Positions 60,715 to 64,000 of a DNA stretch of 64,000 nucleotides are shown here, piece by piece (the first letter of the stretch is position 1; every line of letters starts with the position of its first letter). Where the stretch lies: assembly GCA_964016885.1 (NCBI GenBank), contig OZ024742.1, forward strand, positions 52,080,001-52,144,000, read 5' to 3'. The notes beneath the pieces are model-generated. The model did not search any database, was not told where the DNA came from, and worked only from the letters and a program-made list of their open reading frames with translations. The position numbers and the translations under genes are program-made. This DNA is from Eledone cirrhosa (taxonomy: Eukaryota).

Positions 60715-61389
60715 GCATAGTACTCATCAAATACGATGGAGTTTAGAAAAAAAAATATTTTATAAAATAATAGATTACGACATTCTATGTACAGACGATA
60801 GAATCCTTAATTATCCTAGTGTCTAGGACCTAGACCATATTCTTCTTGTCACTCTGGTCATCACTATATTTCATTTTACATTGATTAAGTCAATTACAAT
60901 AAATTTCCTCTATATATATTCTTTAATCGTTATCCAACATATTCGTTCCAAACTACAATGATTTTGCTCTAACTTTGTAGCCTCTTTTTCGGTTGTTTAC
61001 CTGTCTGCCTGGAAGTCTATCTCTATATCTGTTTGCCTCTCTCTCTCACCATCTATCTACCTATCTATCTATCCTTCTATCCATCTATCCGTCTGTCTAC
61101 CTATCTCTCTCTCTATCTATCTATACATATATATATTAGAAAACGAAACGAGGGAGTTTCGGTTACATGTATATGATATTTATTCCGTATCGACCTGTTA
61201 CGCGCGTTTTGCAGAGGATTGGCTCAACTTCACCCATAGGAGTTATGGATCCGACTCCACTATCGATCTATTCCTCAGTCTGTTGACAAAAAAATATGTG
61301 ATTTTGTAATATATACACTATGCCTGTTTATGCATTCTTGCTTTGGTACAAGCATCAGTGATTCACTGAATCACCAACACACACACACA

Positions 61390-61427
<38 letters not shown>

Positions 61428-61470
61428 AATGAAATAAAAACAAAGAACAAGTTCCTTATATTAAAAAAAT

Positions 61471-61600
61471 TCATCATTTTACGACCGTTTCTAGGATGTG
61501 TGTTGGCATGTATATCATATAGATCTATGTAAAAATATTACAAATTATCAGAAGAAATATACATACCTTCACATATACATGCTGTCCTCAGAAATGATGA
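61471..61600 (-). ncRNA. Type-I hammerhead with 93-nt stem II insertion, in a rearranged solo pLTR (61424-61774)
   Basis: TCATCATTT-CTGAGGA-[93 nt]-GAAAC-GGTC-GTA^-AAATGATGA. The adjacent tail catacggattggacacta..gatttatctaca matches 58107-58154. Confidence 0.82.
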
Positions 61601-61771
61601 GATTTTTTTATTGAAAAAAAAAAAAAAGATTTTATAGATTTGACTCTGTTTTCCTCTGATTTTCCTCGAAAATTTTTGAATGCACCTTCTATTTTCATGA
61701 TATTTGGATTACATTGATTTCTTCATACGGATTGGACACTACATTGGACACTATATTTTGGTAGATTTATC

Positions 61772-61818
<47 letters not shown>

Positions 61819-61926
61819 AATTTGTATATCTACCAACATATATATACAGATGTATACCTATGCTAGCAAATATATAGGTTTTGTCTTAGTAACTTTGTGG
61901 TGCAATGCAAGGGGATGCAGAACAAT

Positions 61927-62022
61927 TATATGAAAGACGTAAAATAAGAAAATTATAAAAATTTACTTACTTACTTTTAGTAAGTAAGTAAATTTTTATA
62001 ATTTTCTTATTTTACGTCTTTC

Positions 62023-62027
<5 letters not shown>
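61927..62027. repeat. Perfect hairpin, 49-bp arms with TTT loop
   Basis: tatatgaaagacgtaaaataag..acttacttact and its reverse complement. Confidence 0.95.
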
Positions 62028-62107
<80 letters not shown>

Positions 62108-62669
62108 TGTCTATCTATCTAACTATCGACGGACTGCTTTTAGGATTCGTGCTTTGTTGTTGTTCTTGTTCTTGTCTGATGATAGATACAATGGTTACTA
62201 TACATAAACAGATAATTATAGATTGACAGAAAGGCAGATAGATAGCTAGTAAGGAGGTATGTAAATAGATAAATACACAAATAAGAAGGCATGTTTATGT
62301 GTGTATGTGGTTCTATTGCTATGTTTTTCATGTGCCTCTGTCATTTATCGCATTTATCGCTGATTTCAAATTGGTTATTGTTCGAGAAATATCGCTGATC
62401 AGTGAATGTGTGACAATTCCATCATTAATGCGATGTCTTATCACAGTCGTTACTGATTGTGTACTATCAGATATATCATCTGGAACCAAAATAATAATAT
62501 ATTATACAAATTTTGTCATTACTCAGCTGTTGTAAAAAGATCTATCATTAATAATGCATTGTTGAAGCGATTTCACGAATCACGTTGGTAAGGAGGTCTG
62601 AAAACAGCCAATTTCCTGATGGGAAACAGAGAATGAGAGAAATACAAATGCATAATCGATCTCAGTTTT

Positions 62670-63510
62670 GCGTTAGTGCATTATTTATCGACCGCGAAAC
62701 GTAAAATAAATATATCACCTCGGCAGGATTTAAACTCAGAGAGCTGTGAGCAGGAACAAATACTGAGGTATTTAATTCGACGCTTATAACGACTTATTCA
62801 TTTGCTTTATCATACATTTAGGGATACATCCATATTAGTACACTATCTAGATGGACATTTGATGAATATATTGGTGTGTTTGTTATGTAAACAATAATTA
62901 CGAAGTTACCAGACAACCGAACCTCATCAACGACGACAACTACAACACATATATCAGGTAGAAGCATAACTAAAGATAGGTAAGGAACTTTTTTTGTGAT
63001 TGTATTGAATTATGCGTGGTATTCAAAATAATATGTAGAAAATAGGTTTAATAAGATATTACATATTGCCTTTTCTGTCGATAAAATAAAGTACCAGTCA
63101 AGTACTTCGGTCGATTTGATCAACTTTTAAACTCTCCTCAATTTACCAGCTTCGTGACATGTAGGTTGATGATTGGAAGTATCTTTACAACGTTAGACAT
63201 AATGCTGTTGTTTTTCCTTTATTATGCCGGTTCTTTGCATTCATCTTTCCTGTGCCGATAATATAAAGTACCAGTCAAATACTGATGCTTAAATAACCCA
63301 CATTCCCATTCCCAAACCGTGCAGGCCGTGTGCCAAGTTAGATATCATGGTGTTTTTGTTTGGTTGATTGGCAGAATTGGTAGAGCTCCGGATATATGCC
63401 AACCCGTTATTTGTTCTTGCTCTTTACATTTTGAGTTGAAACTCCACCACGGTCAACTTTGTTTTTCATCTTTCTAATACTGGTGTCGATATAATTGACC
63501 TCCCCATTCT
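62670..63510. mobile_element. Cluster of old, degraded SINE fragments
   Basis: Repeated tcgataaaataaagtaccagtc, gattggcagaattggtagag and tgagttgaaactcc motifs. Confidence 0.6.
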
Positions 63511-64000
63511 GGAAATTGAACTCAGAATCCAATGGTTTGGAAGAGATATAACAAAGCGTCTAGTCCAAGATTCTAAAAATTCTACCAAACCATAGTCTGG
63601 TATCGTATTTATCGACATTGAATCTAGTGTGCAGAAAGACGAAGCAAATACTAGAAGGAAGCCTGTCCAACTTTCTAACATAGCAGCATATTCGCTGTTT
63701 CATATTAAATGAACACTTTATCTAAGTGTATTGAGAGATATGCATATTTCCTATTTTTGGGACGTATAGCTACATGGTTCTAACAAGTTGTTTTGTTTCC
63801 GAGATTCTGTGCATAGTATTGTTGAATTGATACGAGGTGACTACACTCACATATAGACAGTTATATGTGGATTTCTAATATGATTTTGACCTAAGACAAA
63901 CATTGATGAAGCAAGCCCTAAACGTGACTAAGTGCAAAAGCCAAACCAGATACATTTTACGATTTCCACTGGATATTCATTTTCCATAAAATGAATTAAG

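Noticed and set aside
61180-61290. Minus-strand CTGAGGA..AAAACGCGCGTA as a long-stem-II hammerhead
   Set aside because: GAAA is mutated and stem I does not pair. At most a decayed relic.

Overview
This is very AT-rich, microsatellite-saturated eukaryotic DNA, most likely from an octopus or other coleoid cephalopod (inferred from the SINE family and the repeat landscape). I can support no host-gene exon, and almost every ORF in the track is a microsatellite artefact. The window is a nested stack of retroelements. It holds four Penelope-like elements (PLEs) with RT and/or C-terminal GIY-YIG sequence and a CxCx5C linker. One is young, with a ~580-codon uninterrupted ORF. Each has the layout inverted pseudo-LTR, 5'-truncated ORF, long 3' region, pseudo-LTR, and sits in (TA)n. 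There are also two other GIY-YIG fragments, RTE-type LINE fragments, many tRNA-type SINEs and one non-autonomous Helitron. The main hidden signal is non-coding: more than 20 complete or partial type-I hammerhead ribozyme (HHR) motifs from roughly ten sequence families. They include HHRs with 90-116 nt stem II insertions, U3-A8 compensatory cores, a recurrent non-canonical CAGAAGA core and a retrozyme-like tandem repeat. Several fold-back palindromes have breakpoints inside or next to the ribozyme. All ribozyme calls were folded by eye and activity is untested.
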